Shown one piece after another: positions 61,539 to 64,000 of a DNA stretch of 64,000 nt. Location: contig VGMY01000008.1 of the NCBI GenBank assembly GCA_016866255.1, positions 16,266 to 80,265 of the forward strand, given 5' to 3'. The notes beneath the pieces were generated by a model. It searched no databases and was not told the origin of the DNA. It worked only from the letters and a program-made list of their open reading frames with translations. The DNA comes from Bacteroidota bacterium (lineage in GTDB: Bacteria; Bacteroidota; Bacteroidia; Flavobacteriales_D; Crocinitomicaceae). How positions within the stretch are numbered: the first letter of the stretch is position 1; the number at the start of each line of letters is the position of its first letter. Both the position numbers and the translations under genes were made by a program.

Positions 61539-64000
61539 TATGGATCAACATCTATACTGACTTTTATTTTCCTGTACCGGGTGTTTTCGTAAAATTGGTT
61601 AAGGAGTTCCAGCAGGTACTCCTTAATTTTTTTATCGGAGAGGGTTTTTTCGTATTTGATTTTTATCTCTTGCTGGTATTTCCCTTGCAAACGCTTTATC
61701 AATGGAAATTCTGGTCCAATAATCCGTTCTTTAAGCGATGTTTTTAACGAGTTGGCCAAATCGTTTGCAGCACGAATCAATAATTGCTCCTCTTCATGTT
61801 TTAGGTTGACGTTAATCAGCTTATAGAACGGTGGATAACGAAAATTCGAACGTTCCATCAATTCCTGCTCAATAAACGCCTCGGTATCGTTATTCTTAAC
61901 CAGATGAAGAATCCAATGATCCGGATTTCGTGTTTGAATCACTACTTTTCCCCTACGGTATTTACGACCCGCCCTCCCTGACACCTGGGTGATTAATTGA
62001 AACCCGCGTTCGTAGGCTCTGAAATTTGGAACATGTAACAATTGTTCCGCATCAAGAATTCCAACAAGACCAACATGATCGAAGTCTAAGCCTTTTGCCA
62101 ACATCTGTGTACCAACTAAGACATCGATTTTTCGGGTTTCAAATTCTTCAATGATTTCTGAGTATTTAATTTTGGCACGCGTCGTATCTAAATCCATCCG
62201 TTCGATTCGGGCTTGCGGGAATAGGGGTTTTAATTCATCCTCAATTTTTTCAGTACCAAAACCGCACATCTTTATTTTATGACTTCCACAGGCTTTACAA
62301 CTACCCATTGGTGGAGTGGAAAAGCCGCAATAATGGCATTTCAGTAAATTGCTGTTGAGGTGATAGGTTAACGATACATCGCATTCGTGGCATTTTGGTA
62401 TCCAGCCGCAAACCTCACACGACCAATAAGGGGTATATCCTCTGCGGTTTTGAAATAAGATCACCTGTTCTTTTTTCTCTAAGGTTGTTTTAATCTCTTG
62501 CAAGAGAAGCGCACTGAAATGGGAAACCAGGGTTTTTGCCGCTTTTTCTTGGCTTAGGTTGGCCATGATAAATTCGGGGAGTTCCATTCCTTGAAAACGT
62601 TCGTTAAGCTTTACCAATCCGTATTTGCCATCTTTTACATTTTGATAGCTTTCAAGCGAGGGCGTGGCAGAACCTAACAGTACCTTTGCCCCGAACGAGT
62701 GCGCAAGGTAGATGGCAGCGTCCCTGCCTTGGTAACGGGGAGAGGGATCGTTTTGTTTGTAGGTACTTTCGTGCTCCTCGTCAACAATAACTAATCCCAA
62801 TTCTTTGAAGGGTAAAAAAATCGATGATCGAGCCCCAACAATTACCCGGAATTTATCAGAACGGTTTGCGCATACGTGTTGCCAGATTTCTACACGCTCG
62901 TTCTGATTGAATTTGGAGTGATATACTCCAACCAATTCTCCAAAGTATTTTTTTAAACGTTGGATTAATTGCGTAGTTAAAGCAATTTCGGGAATGAGAA
63001 AAAGTACTTGTTTTCCATGGTCGAGGAAGGATTGGATAAGGTGCATGTATATTTCCGTTTTACCGGATCCAGTAATTCCGTGTAAGAGCGTGATGTTTTT
63101 GTTTTCCCAATTTTTTTCAATGGAGTGTAAGGCGGATTGTTGGACAGCGGTAAGTTGAGGAAAACTAGCCAAGGTCTCTGTCTCACCTGAAAAACGATCA
63201 ATTTGCAGTTTTTCTTGCCAAACGATTTCTTTTTTTTCTAACGTTTTCAAAACAGCTGCGGAGATGTCCATTTGCAGCAATTTTTTTTTCTCAATGTAAC
63301 CTTCGAAAACATCCGCTTCCCTTGAACGTTGAATAATACGCAACAGCGCATCTAATTGGCCTTTGAAGCGTTGCCCTGTAGACAGCACGTCCAATATGCT
63401 TGCGAGTTTTTCCTCTGAAACGTGCGGGTTTAAGCGAATGAATGTTTGCGTTTTAGGAGTGTAGCGCTGGTTGATTTCTTCTTGAGTAATCACCATATTC
63501 TTTTCGATCATCTTTTTGATGAGAAGAGCAATGGTGTTGGATTCTGTTATTTCGGCAAGTTCGTTGAGCTCTATTTTTTCTCGCTCAGCAAGGGTCTTTA
63601 TAATTAATTCTTCTTTTGGCAGTAAGGCGCTCATATCGCCATCGAAATCCGGATGAATGAGTACGACGGTTTCACTCGCTAGTTTAAAGTTTGAGGGCAG
63701 TGCTGCCGACATGACTTCACCAATTGGCGCTAAATAATAATCCGAAATCCATTGCCAAAACGCAATTTGTTGTTCCGTGACCAGGGGTTCTTGGTCCAAG
63801 AGGTAGTCCAGGTATTTTGCCGTGTAAGTTGTAGGAGTATTCGCATGAACGGCAGCTATTATTCCGGTGATTCGCTTTTTTTTACCAAAAGGGACAATTA
63901 CCCTTTGGCCCACTATCGTTTTTTCGTTCAATTCAAAAGGAACGCGATACGTGAATAAGTTCCTGATGGGAACCGGTAAAATTAAATCAACAAAACAGGT
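61535..64000 (-). CDS. priA: Primosomal protein N' (PriA helicase), N-terminus runs off the right edge
   Basis: Walker [13 protein letters not shown], and a Cys4 zinc region. The frame stays open upstream of the track's TTG start (63931) to position 64000. That stretch encodes [22 protein letters not shown], the canonical PriA N-terminus, so the true start is outside the window. Confidence 0.9.
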   Translation of the reverse strand, partial: TCFVDLILPVPIRNLFTYRVPFELNEKTIVGQRVIVPFGKKKRITGIIAAVHANTPTTYTAKYLDYLLDQEPLVTEQQIAFWQWISDYYLAPIGEVMSAALPSNFKLASETVVLIHPDFDGDMSALLPKEELIIKTLAEREKIELNELAEITESNTIALLIKKMIEKNMVITQEEINQRYTPKTQTFIRLNPHVSEEKLASILDVLSTGQRFKGQLDALLRIIQRSREADVFEGYIEKKKLLQMDISAAVLKTLEKKEIVWQEKLQIDRFSGETETLASFPQLTAVQQSALHSIEKNWENKNITLLHGITGSGKTEIYMHLIQSFLDHGKQVLFLIPEIALTTQLIQRLKKYFGELVGVYHSKFNQNERVEIWQHVCANRSDKFRVIVGARSSIFLPFKELGLVIVDEEHESTYKQNDPSPRYQGRDAAIYLAHSFGAKVLLGSATPSLESYQNVKDGKYGLVKLNERFQGMELPEFIMANLSQEKAAKTLVSHFSALLLQEIKTTLEKKEQVILFQNRRGYTPYWSCEVCGWIPKCHECDVSLTYHLNSNLLKCHYCGFSTPPMGSCKACGSHKIKMCGFGTEKIEDELKPLFPQARIERMDLDTTRAKIKYSEIIEEFETRKIDVLVGTQMLAKGLDFDHVGLVGILDAEQLLHVPNFRAYERGFQLITQVSGRAGRKYRRGKVVIQTRNPDHWILHLVKNNDTEAFIEQELMERSNFRYPPFYKLINVNLKHEEEQLLIRAANDLANSLKTSLKERIIGPEFPLIKRLQGKYQQEIKIKYEKTLSDKKIKEYLLELLNQFYENTRYRKIKVSIDVDPY

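Noticed and set aside
63929-63931. Track start codon of priA (a TTG translated as M)
   Set aside because: The frame stays open to position 64000 and encodes the canonical PriA N-terminus ([19 protein letters not shown]). The gene is therefore truncated by the window edge rather than starting here.

Overview
The window is a chromosomal segment from a Bacteroidota genome, probably Flavobacteriia-like. This is inferred from the gldJ, porP/sprF, porU and porV gliding/T9SS genes, a T9SS C-terminal-domain substrate, ribosomal protein THX, and recurrent TAnnTTTG -7 promoter boxes. About 55 of roughly 58 genes are recognisable core genes: serA/serC, feoAB, lysC, gpsA, fmt, psd/cdsA/ftsH, birA, pyrE, valS, gyrB, gcvH, prfB, murF, ispF, pyrR/pyrB, rnz, gatC, trpS, rpoD and priA. 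I saw no rRNA, tRNA, CRISPR array, transposase or integrase. The exception is the left 7.5 kb. Two very large genes diverge from a 100-bp control region. The first is a >1173-aa ORF on the minus strand (1..3520). It is missing from the supplied ORF track because its stop lies outside the window. It carries DHH/DHHA1-like phosphoesterase motifs in a non-canonical order and a hydrophobic helix at the window edge. The second is a ~1121-aa cytoplasmic protein (3621..6986) with an Abi-like HEPN signature (SFG...LRNRVAH) and a C-terminal discoidin (F5/8 type C) domain. A small membrane-anchored coiled-coil protein follows it (7058..7543). I flag this block as a candidate uncharacterised defence or abortive-infection-type module. 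This is inference only, since no database or structure search was possible. Lesser observations: an apparently ~300-aa expanded GldJ; a UUCG-loop terminator abutting the murF start codon; a secreted Lys11/Cys-rich micropeptide; and head-to-head pyrE/NUDIX start codons with promoter boxes inside each other's coding sequence.
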